A stretch of 64,000 bases of DNA from Eremomyces bilateralis CBS 781.70 (Eukaryota): NCBI GenBank assembly GCA_010015585.1, contig ML975161.1, one strand, 5' to 3'. Of this stretch, positions 50,223-63,787 are shown piece by piece. The notes under the pieces are model-generated. The model saw only the letters and a list, made by a program, of their open reading frames with translations. It did not search any database and was not told the DNA's origin. Each line of letters begins with the position of its first letter. Within the stretch, counting starts at the first letter, position 1. Both the position numbers and the translations under genes were made by a program.

Positions 50223-51518
50223 ATGGTCTCCAACCCGCTCTGTTCAGTCACAAATGACTGTAGCTACTTTAAGGGATTGGACCTCTGGTGGTTCATTCTC
50301 TTCATTGCGTTGTTCCTCTTTCGCTACACTCGATTCGTTATCCACTTCTTCGGATATATAGCAACTAAGCCCATCTCGGCTGAAGCTAACAACGGTCAGA
50401 TCAAGTACCGCCCCAAGGATGTCACGGTCATCGTTCCTAGCGTCGAGCCCTGGGGTATAGAGTTCTATGGCGTATTGAACAAAATTCTGGCAAGCGATCC
50501 AGCCAAGACCATCGTCACAACCCTTGACGAGTTTGTGCCGCGGGCGCTTGAAGTTGTTCAGTTGGTCGATCCCGAACACAGGTACATTAAGGTGGTCTCG
50601 ATTCCTCGGCCACCAGCGGCGCAAGCACGTTACCAGTGGATGCGTGCTATGCAGGAAGTCAACACGGACATTGTCCTTGTCGTTGCCGACCGCATCAATC
50701 TCCCATTGGGATTCATCAGGTCAGTCGCCATCCCCTTCAACGACGACAATATCGGATGCGTCAGCAGCACCAAGCGCGGTATCCGCATTCCCAGCGACAA
50801 TATCTGGACAGATTTCTGGAATGTTGTCGGCTGTGTGTACCTGGCCCGGAACGATGTTCAGGGCTGCGGCACACATAAGATTGACCAGGGTATTTCCTGT
50901 GCATCCGCTCGAGCTCTCACCCTCCGTGCCAGCATCATGAGAGACCCTGCCTTCGTCCATGCCTTCACCCACGAATACCACCTTGGCGGACTCATCGGTC
51001 CCCTGAACGCGGGTGACGACAAGTTCATTACCGCATGGTTGCTCGGACATGGCTGGCGCTTCGCAATGCAGAATGGCCCAGAGGCAACCATCCGTACCCG
51101 CATCGGTCTCTTCCCGAGGTTCATCTACCAATACTGCCGATGGCACCGAACCACATGGAGGATGAATCCTCGCATCTTGTTCAAGCACCGGTCTACCTGG
51201 CGCCGCTACCCTTGGACTACATACTCGATCTTCATTTCGAGTCTCTTCAACTTCGCCATCCTTTGGGATCCGGGCATGCTCACCTGCCTCTGGTATGCTA
51301 TGGAAGGCACTTGCCACACCCGGCAATCCATGGCGATGCTTGTTCTCTGGATTATCACCTCCAAGACTCTGAAGCCGATGTTCCATTTCATTGAACACCC
51401 TGCTGACATTATCTACCTCCCATGGCTCATCCTATTTGGCTACGTCTGTTCGTTTCTGAAGTTCTATGCCGGATTGACCTTCTGGGTCATTTCATGGGGA
51501 TCTCGTGAAGGCCTTTAA
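50223..51518 (+). CDS. GT2 processive glycosyltransferase (Cps1/hyaluronan-synthase-like); start uncertain
   Basis: N-terminal TM FLFRY.R, DVTVIVP, GDDKFIT, QYCRW (QxxRW), C-terminal TMs, SWGSR. Confidence 0.88.
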   Translation: MVSNPLCSVTNDCSYFKGLDLWWFILFIALFLFRYTRFVIHFFGYIATKPISAEANNGQIKYRPKDVTVIVPSVEPWGIEFYGVLNKILASDPAKTIVTTLDEFVPRALEVVQLVDPEHRYIKVVSIPRPPAAQARYQWMRAMQEVNTDIVLVVADRINLPLGFIRSVAIPFNDDNIGCVSSTKRGIRIPSDNIWTDFWNVVGCVYLARNDVQGCGTHKIDQGISCASARALTLRASIMRDPAFVHAFTHEYHLGGLIGPLNAGDDKFITAWLLGHGWRFAMQNGPEATIRTRIGLFPRFIYQYCRWHRTTWRMNPRILFKHRSTWRRYPWTTYSIFISSLFNFAILWDPGMLTCLWYAMEGTCHTRQSMAMLVLWIITSKTLKPMFHFIEHPADIIYLPWLILFGYVCSFLKFYAGLTFWVISWGSREGL

Positions 51519-54225
51519 ATGGGAGGACGAAGCCAGACTGCACTTAATTTTCTCAATGTTTTGCATAGCAACGAATACGATTCAGGCTGACCTATTGAAG
51601 AATCAGTGGTCAATAATGAATAAGTAAAAAACGTCGAGCATCATGTATTGTGAAAACGTTGATCTTTTCTTGTATCCTCTCAGTCCTTTTAGTCGTTTTA
51701 CATTCATTTTCTTTCCTGCTGTAGTTGCTTTGGAAGTGAGGATAGAAGATATAAACTGGAACTCCTCTCTAATCGCAGTTGAAATACCGCTAGCCAATTA
51801 GGCAATAAATTGTCTGTCAATGGCTAAGTAGGTATGGCGTTCCTACTGCATTTTCAACTTTCAAGTATAATTTCTTTCGCAGATGGCCTTAACTAGTGCT
51901 TGAATTATTGCTGCCATGTATAAATCTGGACTCTTTCCCAAGAATGCCTTATTTTATAATCAGAGCCCGTACGGATGACCTCGTCGCTCCCTTAATACGT
52001 CAGAAGCCATCCCAAGTTGATTCTCTTCACAATGTTCCATCAAGATCTTGGCGGTGCAACCCAGCCACCTCCTGTCTTCAATGGAGACGCCCAGTCGAGC
52101 AGCGACACGGGAGTGTCGTCTGTGATAACTAAATCTGTAAATTATGTTGAAACTAACATCCGGGAAATATGCCTAAAAAAGCAGGCGCTAGATAATGCAA
52201 TAAATCGGAAGACAGGGAGGAATTCCATCGCATCATGGATAGCGAGAATTATTTTGCTTATAATATATTTGTCGTGTCATTTTCACTCACGAGAGCTTTA
52301 CCTTCAACGTCTTTCTGCAAATGCTTGTTCTGAGAGCTCAGAAAACTTGGTTACCCCTTAGTCCTTAGTACTAGAACTGTCGAATCCACCAGTCTCTGTC
52401 GGGGAGATCGTTAAGTTTTTACGCTTGCTAATATCCCAGCGACTCACCAGCAGCTCCCAGATAGCTATGGAACTTACGGAAGCGCGATTCATACCGTCTA
52501 CTTCGATCCTATTTTCTGAGAGACCGTATTGCCCTGGACATAGAAGAAGCTAAGAACCTATGGCCGCTTATTGTTGCCCTGGGCAAATCAGGGTACTAGG
52601 TAGCCACAGATCTCTGGGAAAGTATTAGAGCGAGCCTCCGCAGGTAACGTAGTGGATCGGATCTTACATGCATTTTTTTGTGCACATCGGGGCGAAGTAT
52701 GTCCGAATGCATTCGTAAACTGCAGCAAATGAAGAGGGATAGGGCACAGTGCCAACACATGCCGATTACAGAGAATGTCGCATAATTAGAGAGAGAGGTC
52801 ATCGCACCCATTTTCATCGTCTGTCTTAGCGCAGTTAGGCATGGATAGCGCAATCTCAGAAGACATCTGAATGGTCACTGCGGGGAGACCGAGTTACATA
52901 GATTCCAATCTATGACGCCGGGTGTAAGCACCGCATAGAGGGATGAGATTCTCCTTCTACGCAGCGAACCTTCGGGCATTGACGAGAGAATCAATCAACT
53001 CTACGCATACAAATTCAAAACCCAGGAGCAGTGGTGGATGAATGCATCTTACTACGGGGGGCGTTGGTATACACTTTTCAATTTTATAGGAGGAAGGAGA
53101 GACAGGGGCTTCGATGGGGCGTAATGGCTCGCGCTCTGGACCCATAAGGAGGGGAGGGGTGGGCGCAGTTCATGAATATGAGGGACGGAGCTCGGAACTG
53201 CTATGTTGGCTAGCTATAGCGTGTCGAGGAAAAGTAATTTGTGGGTTGGCTAAAACATTTATGCGACCAGAGGGGAAGCGAGTCCCCTATCCAAACTTCT
53301 TCTCCTTTCTCCCCCATTTTACTTCATCTTATTCCCTCTGTCCAGCCTTTCCCGCACTAATGTCTTCGATTTTTAGAACCTCAGTGTATCTACTAGTTCA
53401 ATGCGGATCTAGGGTCCCTCATAACGTGATTGGCAACTTCAGGCAAGTTTATTATCAATAGGTATTCGCCAACCTCGTTCCTATCATGGTTCTTCTCGAA
53501 TAAGGTGCTGGATATGGTTTTAAGATAGCATTGACAATTGTATTGGTCTTTGTCTGAGGAATCAACAGGCATCTTTACCAAGAAATTCAGTGAATTCAGT
53601 GCGTTTGCCTGCCTTTGACCGCGTGTTCGGTGCTATCATGGATATTTGGAAGTCCTAGTTCATGATTTTTGCATCTATGGAGTGCGCGTGTCTGAGATAA
53701 AGCCAAATGGGAAGGATTACGATAAGAAAGGAGCTATATCGTACAAAGGTGTAGAGCCAGAGTCATCACTTTACACTAGGGTGCCTGGACTCAGGATCGG
53801 CAAAACCACTGAAGGGATGGATCCGTCCACAGCAACTCAGACCATGAACTTCGAAACGAAGTGATGGTACGCACTATAGAAAGCGAAGACAGCACAGGAA
53901 GAAGCAGATAGGTTGAAAAAATAGCGTTCATTGATTCTACGACTTTTCAATACTATTTGCGGAAATGATCAATCAACGAATAGCGATGCCATTATTCCGA
54001 CGATTAAACTAGCCAAATCAGCCGTGTTTCGTATACGTAAGGAGCGAGCTCGTTCCCGCTATCCCAGCACTTGCCGCCGACACTGGCGCTGATCCCTCCC
54101 CATTGAACCCCCTGATCGTCTTCCTGCCACCGTTCCGTCCCACGCTCAAGCTCATGTGCGGTTGATGGTCTTCATCTAGCCGGCTGTCAGCCACAAAAAT
54201 GTCATAGGTTCAGCTGCACCTCGTA

Positions 54226-56214
54226 TCAACCTCGCCGGCTATTCTTGATCAATTCCGTGAACGCGCTGTCCACCGCGCGCTTGACCTCCCGGTAGCTGAC
54301 CAGCAGGACATTCTGCTCGTCCCGGCTGACCAGCGCAACTTTCTCGTCGACCCCGGCATCGAGCTTGTTCAGGCACGACACAATATGCGCCAGGTCGACT
54401 ACCGGATTGCCACTCGCATCGACTTGATGGAAAACGTAGTCGCGGAAGAGCTTGAGGTAGTATCGTTCACCAGTCTCGGACCAGCGCGCATCGTGGGCGT
54501 GTTCGGGGCGCTCGTTGATGGACGTGAGCTTTGCCATCAAGCGGGCCAGGCGGCCGTTTTCGAGCTCCCGGGCGAGCATGGAGGTGAGTGTGTCCTCGGC
54601 ATGGAGAGAGCTGTCCAAAACGGACACCATCTGCGTGGTGATGGCGGTGAGAAAGACGTCGATGTCTTTAACGATTTGTTGCCCAGTGGGACTTGGTGCG
54701 GCGCCTGGTGGAGGGTTCGGTGTCAAGAGCCAGGCGATACATTCCTTCATTCGCTCAGAGTAATTTCGGGTGATGGTCTCGATGGCTTTCTGCACATTGA
54801 GCAGAGCGTTGGGGTTGTTCGAGGCGATGCAGAGGACTAGGCGACCGAGGTGGATGAGGTCGTCCGCTTGCAGTTCATGAAGAGGTCGGGAGGAATCGTG
54901 TTGGACGACGTCCATTATCCCGCATCCGCTGAGACGTATGCGATTTTTGGAGGTGAGGATAACTTTTGTTGTATGTATGACTTGGGCAGCGAGACCGGAG
55001 GAGTGTATGGCTTTCAGGGCAGATCCAATCTGCACGATGTAGCCCCAGATAGTCTGTTCTGGGACGGGTGTCGGAACCTGCCGTCCGGCAAAGCGGGGAG
55101 GGAATTGGAAATGGTGTTCCGCGAGGGTCTTCGAAAGGGGGTGGTAATCGGTGACAAAGATGAGAGAACTATCACCGAACGATCGGGATGTGAAAGCATC
55201 ATGGACCGACACAACTCCGGCATTGTCGATCCGCCGCCATGCTTGGACAGCTCTTATCGCTTTCTCATTGGTGAGTCGGTAACCTTCGAGACGTCTCATC
55301 GCATATGTGTTTCCATCTTTGCTGGATACAGCTTTGTACAGCCAAGTTTGATATCCGAATAGATTCAAATTCTTCTGGTTGCTTGTGTCAAGGGGAACGA
55401 GAGAGTGGAAGTGATCGATGCGTTGCGGCAAGGTGGAGTTCGGGAGAACTTGAAGAGTCGCCTCTGCTTTTCGTTGCAGATCTTCGCGTTCCGGATCAGG
55501 CATAAAGAAGTCGTGTGCTGTCCTTTGGTATGCCAAGACGTTCTCTCGGTGGGGAGCCATTGGAGCATATAGATGGTACTGCAACGGTTGAGCAAACGCT
55601 CCGTTGTGGAAGTAGCTGTTCGAGCCCATAGCTGTTGTTTCCTGCGGCGTGTACATGTTCATAGGAGGAGGGGCAGCTTGCGATGGTTCCTGAATGCCTG
55701 GGATGTTTGGCGGCACTGAAAAAGGGTCAAAGGCGTACGACCCGGACCCGGACTGATCAGTGGAATGGCCTCCATCATAACTCGCTTGCGGAACGAAGTC
55801 TTGAAACGCCTGTGCGTTCCATTCCTGCGATGGCTCTTTGCTATGCTGTGCCTGTGGAGGAGAAACCGTGGCAATTGTAGCGTTGGCCGATTTGGGGGTG
55901 AAGATTGCCGCATCCGCTGCCTTTGGCGAGATGGCCGTGTTTCGAGGAGCGGAGGCGCCATTCGGGGATGCTGGTTGAAGAGGAACAAAGGACGGAGAAT
56001 CGACATTCAACCGGTTCTTCATCCGGTCCGTCATAGCCTGTGTATTCATGAGTTTTGAAGGGTCATGGACGTAGTCGCAGGATTTCTCGTAACGACAATG
56101 TCCATAGATCGTGACATGCCTGCACAGGGTATTCTTTGCGTTCTCGCGTCGAGGTCGTGGAGATGAGAGCGGCTTTCGATTTTCTGCGAGCGCAGGCGTA
56201 CCGCTGGATGCCAT
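54226..56214 (-). CDS. PAN3: PAN2-PAN3 deadenylase subunit PAN3
   Basis: CCCH finger, PAM2-like LNVDSPSFVP, pseudokinase domain, ELENGRL.RL, WSETGERY, LNKLDAG. Confidence 0.97.
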   Translation of the reverse strand: MASSGTPALAENRKPLSSPRPRRENAKNTLCRHVTIYGHCRYEKSCDYVHDPSKLMNTQAMTDRMKNRLNVDSPSFVPLQPASPNGASAPRNTAISPKAADAAIFTPKSANATIATVSPPQAQHSKEPSQEWNAQAFQDFVPQASYDGGHSTDQSGSGSYAFDPFSVPPNIPGIQEPSQAAPPPMNMYTPQETTAMGSNSYFHNGAFAQPLQYHLYAPMAPHRENVLAYQRTAHDFFMPDPEREDLQRKAEATLQVLPNSTLPQRIDHFHSLVPLDTSNQKNLNLFGYQTWLYKAVSSKDGNTYAMRRLEGYRLTNEKAIRAVQAWRRIDNAGVVSVHDAFTSRSFGDSSLIFVTDYHPLSKTLAEHHFQFPPRFAGRQVPTPVPEQTIWGYIVQIGSALKAIHSSGLAAQVIHTTKVILTSKNRIRLSGCGIMDVVQHDSSRPLHELQADDLIHLGRLVLCIASNNPNALLNVQKAIETITRNYSERMKECIAWLLTPNPPPGAAPSPTGQQIVKDIDVFLTAITTQMVSVLDSSLHAEDTLTSMLARELENGRLARLMAKLTSINERPEHAHDARWSETGERYYLKLFRDYVFHQVDASGNPVVDLAHIVSCLNKLDAGVDEKVALVSRDEQNVLLVSYREVKRAVDSAFTELIKNSRRG

Positions 56215-57420
56215 GCGTCCGATCGCGAATGTCTGGCTGTATGTAGCTGGAGAGATAAGAGCCGCCCGGAATTTAAATCGAGAGACAAGAACTAGTGGAG
56301 GAAGGACACCAAACTCCGTTTACCAGACTAAAGAGAAATGGCATTAAACTCATTCGTGGACAGGTTGAGAAAGTAGTTTATCGCAGAGAATCCCCCTGTA
56401 TTTGGTGGTTGGTTCGTTGAGCAATGGGTACCGCCAAACCGTAGAATAACGCTCTCCTTGTCCGTCTAGACTCTTACTTTGATATGAGAAGCCACGACAT
56501 ACACCTAACCATAGGTTGTTTTCGTTTGGTGATAGGAATAGGATATGCCAATCCTACAGCCAGTCTTGAGGTCCTGGCAAGGAGTGTAGCCGGGGAGGGC
56601 CGTGAATCTCCGAAGGCTCCGAAGATGTAATGATTGCTACCAATGCAATACGAAGAGATAGAAAGAGGGAGAGTGTTCGGATAGTAGGAAGTTGACCCTA
56701 TAATGAGGAAGCTGAGAGTCGATCGTGAATCGACTCGAGGTAGGGCTGTCGGAGGTATGGACAACAATTGCAGATCGGTGGACGTTGGATCGGAGAGCTT
56801 GGTGACTACTATCAGGGAGGCGTATTCATTCTAAGCACACTTCAGAATCTGCCCCAATACATACTCGAGCTGCGCGACCGCGATTCACCGGCAATGGTGA
56901 AGGGGGGTCCAAAGACAAACTCACTCAGATAATCCCCGCCGCATCAGCTATGAGCGCCACCTGGGCCTGTCACACCAGAAAGGTATCATATCCTGTTACA
57001 ATGATCGGATGGAAGTTACAGTCCTTCTAGAATCTAGATATCTGTGATTCTCTTCAAACAGCGTGGCGTTTGTGTTTTCCAGTAACGAGTTGGTATCAAT
57101 TGCGATCATTGCCGTCTCGTCAGACACGATGGAATCGATGAGGTCCGACGACGCAACGCTGCCCAGACCCCTGTCATGCGGAATATCTTTGATCCGGGCT
57201 GATCGAATACCCGAGTCATTCAGCACGTGTTTCAGTTGTCAGCACGACTCATCATCACGTATGGGTGCCTTCAGGCGAACATTCGGACCGATGAACTTCA
57301 AGAGACACCTTTGAGCTTCACACCCACCTACTGTAATCTTCCATATAAACTTCCATATGAACATCTCCTTTGGATTCTGGTACTAATGCTAAATACCTTC
57401 TGTCTAAGGTGTTTCTGACC

Positions 57421-59023
57421 ATGGCGCCTCCAGTCCCAAATCTGGATGCTTTAACAGACATTCAGCGAGATGCTCTCCAACAATACCGTGATGTCACAAA
57501 TCAAGATGTTGAGGCGGCCATCCCGGTGCTTGAGCGGTCGCAATGGAATGTTCAGGTACAATTTCTTCATGATATTCCAAGTATGATCTTTCCGGAATCC
57601 TCCAGAAGCTAACAAATATATACAGTTCGCCATATCCCGATTCTTTGACGGCGAACCGGCTTCGGACCCAGTGGCCGATGCCCTCGCGCAACCCCCGCAA
57701 CCCAGTCAGCGACAAGAAACACTCATGAATGGCTTCTCGAACACCGCATCCTCCTCGCGTCGCTCTCAGTTCGAACCGGCTCCACGAGTAACCGCTCCCT
57801 CCGCAACAAATTCCAACCTCCCCGTTCCATATGTGCTGGGGCTCATCTTCGGCGTCCTCGGCCTAGCGACGACCACAATAGGTCGCATCCTCCGTCCGAT
57901 ATTCGGCATGTTCCCCTTCCTCCCACAGTTCGTTGCTCGGCTTTCTGGCCGGAATCCTTCGCATCGATCTGGAAGTACAACTGCTGGCCGAAGACCGTTA
58001 ATCGGCCGGGACAGTGCAGCTCGGGTAATCCGCGAGTTCGAAGAAGAGTACGGCCCCCACAATCTCCCCTTCCTGGAAACCAGCTACTCCACCGCATTCG
58101 ACACCGCCAAGGACGACCTCAAATTCCTCCTCGTCGTCCTGCTTTCCTCCGAACACGACGACACCTCCTCCTTTGTCCGCAACACCCTCCTCTCCACCCG
58201 CGTGGTCGAACTCTTCAACTCAGAGAAAACCTCCCCATCCAGTATGCTCCTATGGCTCGGCAATGTGCAAGACCCCGAAGCCTACCAAGTCTCCAACGCC
58301 CTCAACGCCACCAAGCTCCCCTTCGCCGCTCTCATCGCCCACACCCCCTCCGTCTCCTCCACCGCCATGAGCGTCATCTGCCGCCTCGCCGGCCCCACCC
58401 CTCCTGACGACTTCGCGAATAAGCTCCACGCCGCGATGGCGCACCACGCCGACGCGCTGAACGGCGTGCGGGCCACCCGGACGGCACAACAAGCAACGAG
58501 GAATATCCGAGCGGAGCAGGACAGTGCGTATGAGCGCAGTTTGGCGCAGGATCGCGAGCGGGCGAGGGTACGGCGGGAGGCGGAGGCCGCGGCGCGGAGA
58601 GAGGAGGAGGAGGCGAGGCAGAGGGCAGAGGAGGAGAGGAGGAATGCGGATAGGGTTCAGATGTGGAGAAAGTGGAGGGCAAGGCGGATACATGCGGAGC
58701 CAGAGGGGATGGAGGGGGCGGTGAGGGTGAGTTTGCGGATGGGGGATGGGGAGAGGGTGGTGAGGCGGTTTAGTGGAGAGGATCGAGTGGAGGAGATGTA
58801 TGCGTTTGTGGAGTGCTTTGAGGTGTTGACAAGTGGGGAGTTGGAGAGGGATGAGGAGTCCGAGCTGGATGAGACGGATCTGGGGGAATATAAGTTTGGA
58901 TTTCAGCTGGTGTCGCCTATGCCGCGCGAGGTGATTAGGCCAGACGAGAAGAGGACCATAGCGGAAGTCATCGGAAGAAGTGGCAATTTGATTGTCGAGA
59001 AGATGGACGAGGACGAGGAGTAG
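57421..59023 (+). CDS. UBA-UAS-UBX domain protein (Ubx3/FAF2-like Cdc48 cofactor); intron 57556-57625
   Basis: UBA-like WNVQ|FAISRFFDG, membrane hairpin, UAS (AK.DLKFLLV), coiled coil EQDSAYERSL, UBX (R.GDGERVVRRF..SPMPR). Confidence 0.92.
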
Positions 59024-59475
59024 ATTGCCGCCTGGATCTGGATCATGCCTTACCGAGGTCGGGATGGGAGTCGATAGGCGACAACTGTATGGGAAGGTTT
59101 GGGTTGTTGCATGCCCAGCATTTCCGGCGCTTTGGTATTAAACGGTATGTCTAGGACAACTTCGATGTAGTCAATGGCATGAGTAACCTCTAATTCAGTT
59201 TATGGAGGCCGAGGTTGCACTCTTTGTCTATATCTTGTTTCATGACATCTTATCTATTCATTTACACATTGTGAACTCGTCGTTGACGGAGCGATTCATC
59301 CTTCAAGCAGTGAACACATTCCACGAGGCCCACAGAGGGACTGTCCAGCTCTTAGCCCTGCCTTGAATGAAATCAAAGTGATCCAAAGGGGTATATTCCT
59401 GGCAGCCTCCTTCGAGACAACCCATCGCTGGTATCGCAGCAAACAATAGCACCTTCGACCTCCCAATCCCTCCTC

Positions 59476-60610
59476 TCACCCCGCCTTCCCCGCATCGTCC
59501 CTCCTCGCCTCCACCCGATCCAAAAAAACCTTCCTCCCTAAATAATTCCCCTTCGCCCTCCCATGCAGTTCCAACTCCCCTGCGATCCCCTCGCGATCCA
59601 CGAACCCCACCCAGTCGTATCGCGACTTATCCACCGTGTTCAGTTTCGTCGCCGCCAGCGCCTTGCTTTTCGCGTGCGTGACGGCCGAGGGTGCCGGTCC
59701 GGAGGGGGCGCGCGTCCGCGGCCAGGTTAGTTGGAGCTCGGCGGGGAGGGTGCGGACGATCCCAGTGGGGTTGGGGTCGAAGCGAGAGGGGCGCTTGGAC
59801 GGGCGTCGGAGAGGGGGGGGTTTGATTTCGTCGCTGGGTAATCCATCGGGACCAGTTGCACCATCGCCATCAACGGTCGGTTGGTCGGCATCGGTGGTCG
59901 GTTTGGCTTTGGAGGCTTCGAGGGAGGAGAGATACAGTTTCGCTTCAGCGGAGTCTTTGGGCACGCGCCGCGAATCGTGGTGGGTTTTGCCGGCGAATTG
60001 GTAGGTGCGGGTTATGGTGATGGATTCGGAGTCGGCGATGGCAGCTGGTTGAGGGGCGGAGGGATTAGGGAGGGAGGAGGGATCGTGGGTGGCGGGAGGT
60101 TTCAGGACTGAGGTGGCGCGGATGGGGGCACTGGTGATGGAGGACCAGAGTGCGTCGACGTCGACGGTTGAGCCTTTTGTGGTTGCGAGTGCTTTGCGCT
60201 CTATAGCCCTATTCGAAGTTTGTTAGCTAGTTCATCTCCAAAAACCTATCTTCTACGTCAACATACTCGGTCTTCCTTTGGCTTCTGGTCTTAATGAATC
60301 CCGCTTCTCCCTCCTCCTCCTCCGATATATCAACCTCATCATCCTTCCGCTTTCCCTTCTTCCGTCTCCTCTTGCGCTCCTTAACTATCTTCTCGTCGCC
60401 GGAGTCCCATTCCAGCTCCTCATGGCCGTCTGCGTCGGGCGCTTTCCGCTTCTTCCCCCGTGTTTTCGCAGCCGTCAGCGCTTCAGCCTCGCTTTCCGAT
60501 GACGCGGATTCCTCCGGTTGGTTGGGTACGTCCGGGTTGAAGTCTTCGTCGGACGAGGAGTCCTCCGCCTGCGGGTCGAGCTCGAGGTCGTCGAACGTGG
60601 TTGCTGCCAT
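59476..60610 (-). CDS. SWC5: SWR1-complex protein 5 (BCNT domain); intron 60209-60266
   Basis: Acidic N-terminus DSSSDEDF, FIKTRSQR, YQFAG, KLNTVDKSRYDW..FVD.EGI..EL, YL.R..FL.RV. Confidence 0.93.
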
Positions 60611-63600
60611 GGCGAAACGTCGGGTGGTTAAATGAAAAGCGGATTTTTGGAGTACGGGACGTAGTTAGATTTGCGTGTTACGCACTCAACGGTATTGTCC
60701 CTCTTTGTTTAATTTCATGTTGTACATCTCTTGCCGCTGTTTCGCATTCAAGCATCTACGATGTCATGCAGTGAGGTTGGAAGCCGACATCACGTGACCT
60801 CCAGTTTCCTTACCATATCACTCGTGGATTTCAAATCTCCATAATATGTCGCACAAGTATAGGAGGTGGCATTGAACAAGATTGCCGTGTCAATATCCTG
60901 TCCTTCGTGATACTATTTATCCATTCTTTAGTGATGCGGAACACCAAGCCCGATCTGCTTGCGAAGAGGATTCATCCGACGTCCAAACCAAAACGGTGGT
61001 AGAACTCATAGGATCCTCATGAGACAACCATTCGGCATTTTTGGATGTTAGAAGTAAATGCAGTGTCATATCTACCTCGATCAGCCTCGACCTAGTCTGA
61101 AATTGCGGCTTGGAATCGATAATTCGATACGCTATATCTCCCAACTCCTTATCATTCATCCAAATCTGGACAAAGTTTGGCTTTCCCCTATTGGAGGGTG
61201 CTTGTGGTTTGTGTCGATCACTTCTGATCCGAGCAAGATTTCTTGGGTATGTGGATCATCCCTCAATTCAGAAGTCTGAACTTGGGTTCTCAAGGTTTGC
61301 GGACACTGACGACGACTGTCTTTCAGTGTCTTGATGTTCGGACTTTTGACAGCGTTGATCGCTCCACGGCCCACACGTAAATTTCCTTGCTACTACCATA
61401 CCATAAAACTCATCTCACATTACACATATATAGTATCGGGCGAATGATGTGGCAATCCTTCCGAAATACGTGCCAAATTTCGCACGTTTGATGTGTAGAC
61501 GAATGTCGTACAATTAAGTATCTCCCCTATGCAGTCACGCAGGTTTGTATGTCGCTTGGATGCAGGAACGAAGCATTGGGACAGGTTACGAATCGACCGC
61601 GTCTTCGGGTCTAATTACCGAAGCATGGACCGAGCATCTGACTATCGCAACTGATCGCCATGTGGTGATGAAGACGGTTCAAGCTGGCGAATGCTGCTGT
61701 GAGATAATAGTAGACGTTGAAAGAGGTTGCAAGACCCTCGCGGCCCGTTCACGGAGACAAAGGAAATGCAATTACGCCGCGGTGGTACAAAAGATCTGTA
61801 CACGACCGTTTGCCTTCATTGTGCTCCTGTCATTACCGCATATGCCATGCTATGCATATGCAGCATGGCGGTTCAATCTCCTCCTTGCTTGTACGACAGT
61901 AGCACGTTGCTGATATGAAGGAAATGATATGATGTGGAGCGGCAGAGGGCATCAGTCCGTCAATCTGCTGCGATATGAAACCGCATGAAAGCAAACCGCC
62001 ATCAATCAAGGAGATTTGTGTCAAACTTGACCCTCAGCTGCGTTCTTCCAATGATCAACCCTCTGGAATCTAGCCATCTTTCTCGACAACTCCAGCCGAG
62101 GGACTTGCAATAATGATCAAGGGCCAAAAAAGCTAGTGGGCTAAGTTCACATTTAGTCAGGGTGTGCTGATCAGCTTGATGCTCCTATTAGTTAGTAGTG
62201 TTATTTTAGCAGGAATAATAGATGTCCAATCCATGAATGATAGCAGTAAGCAAGGGGCCTGGTCAACTAAAGAAGGGGACTTTTCCACCATACTCATTGG
62301 TAGTTCACAGCCCAAATGTCTGGCTGCAGATATCAGCCCCGATCCTTCAGACTGACAACGTGTTGTCAAAGATAAGCAGCCTTCCAAAGTCTCCGTAAAC
62401 CAGTTTTCGGGGTAATATCCGTTCAGCGCAGATAACGTAATACCCGTCCCAGGCAGGTTCTCGACTCTCATAAGTCGTATGAGAAAGTAAGCAGCCGGTA
62501 GTCAACCGGGTTTCCATAGGCTCAAACAGTCAAAGACCAGAGAAACGGCGAGCACTGCGTCCGATGGGCCACAATGCACCAAGCCACCACCAACGTCTTA
62601 CGCCAATACGCCGCACGCGCTAAGAAGCACGTCCATCTTTAGAGCCTCCGGTGCCGCCGCCGAGCGACGGGCAGCTCACAGCCCGTTGAGTGCCCTGTCC
62701 GCGATCTCCCTTGTCTAAACAAGGCTAGCCAGAAGCGGGATGTTTCGAAGCCAATTGGGCAGTCCAACCAGGATATTGTTCAACCTTCCCGAAATCCGAA
62801 TGCTTTGGAGCCTGGAGGAATGGGGAGGACATGCTGGGAGTCGGGACACTGCCACTCTGGGAAGACAAAGATCCAAAGCGAGATTCCCTGGCACAGTCTG
62901 TGTCGATAGGGGATTCCAGGCGCTTGGGTCGGTTCTAGGAAAAGTTAGAAATTCCCATAATTAAATCACACGCATTTCCGTATGTACTCAGCCATTATTA
63001 TGTAAGGTCTGTAAGCAGTTATCCTAAATCAACAGACATCATCCCACGAGCGACGAGACCGGCACAGGGTCGGTCGAAGCGAGAGATCTGTCATTCGGAT
63101 AAAGGAAAGATTGGCGGGGTGCATGCTCCATACTTGCTCCATAGGGCTACTTGAATCTTTGGCTCAGCCTTTCATTGTTTGATATCGGTGAGAAAGGCTC
63201 GAACGATGATGACCGCGTCCTTTCGACTTTCGTGATTAATCAAGGTTGCTCTCGAGGTCGAACGGACGGTTTGTACGGAGAATCGGAGAGTTTGTATTGA
63301 CAACACTTTAGTCATAAACCAAATCGGCTTGGACTGCTGAAATCACTCCCTCTCCCGACAGCATTCACTGTTGCGGCTTCATTCATCCCTTCCATGTTGA
63401 ATTTTAATTTCCTGTTGTTTCCTTCAAATCCCAACTGTTCGCACGTTTGGACTTCGCTTTAATGACCGACACCCGCCTGCGCTATCTACATTCAAATCGA
63501 ATATATCACCGTGTTGAAGGTCTGATAGCATCGTACATAGTACGGGTTCCTCAGTGATAGATCCAAACCCAGCTTACCGCACGTCTCACTGTCCATTCAA

Positions 63601-63787
63601 CCGCCATCAGGAAGACAGACTAGAAGAGGAGGAGCACCTGGATACAGTGTTAAGTACTGACTTGACATCAATCCACGGTTTTAAAATCTTCAATTTCCAC
63701 ATTACGACTTCGAAATGCCTCACTCGGTTTCATCTGGCGGCTCCGAGCAGAAAGGCTCCATCGATATGCCTCCGAAATGCAGCAGCA

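Noticed and set aside
60900..63000. Short ORFs upstream of SWC5
   Set aside because: Interrupted by stops, with no recognisable domain
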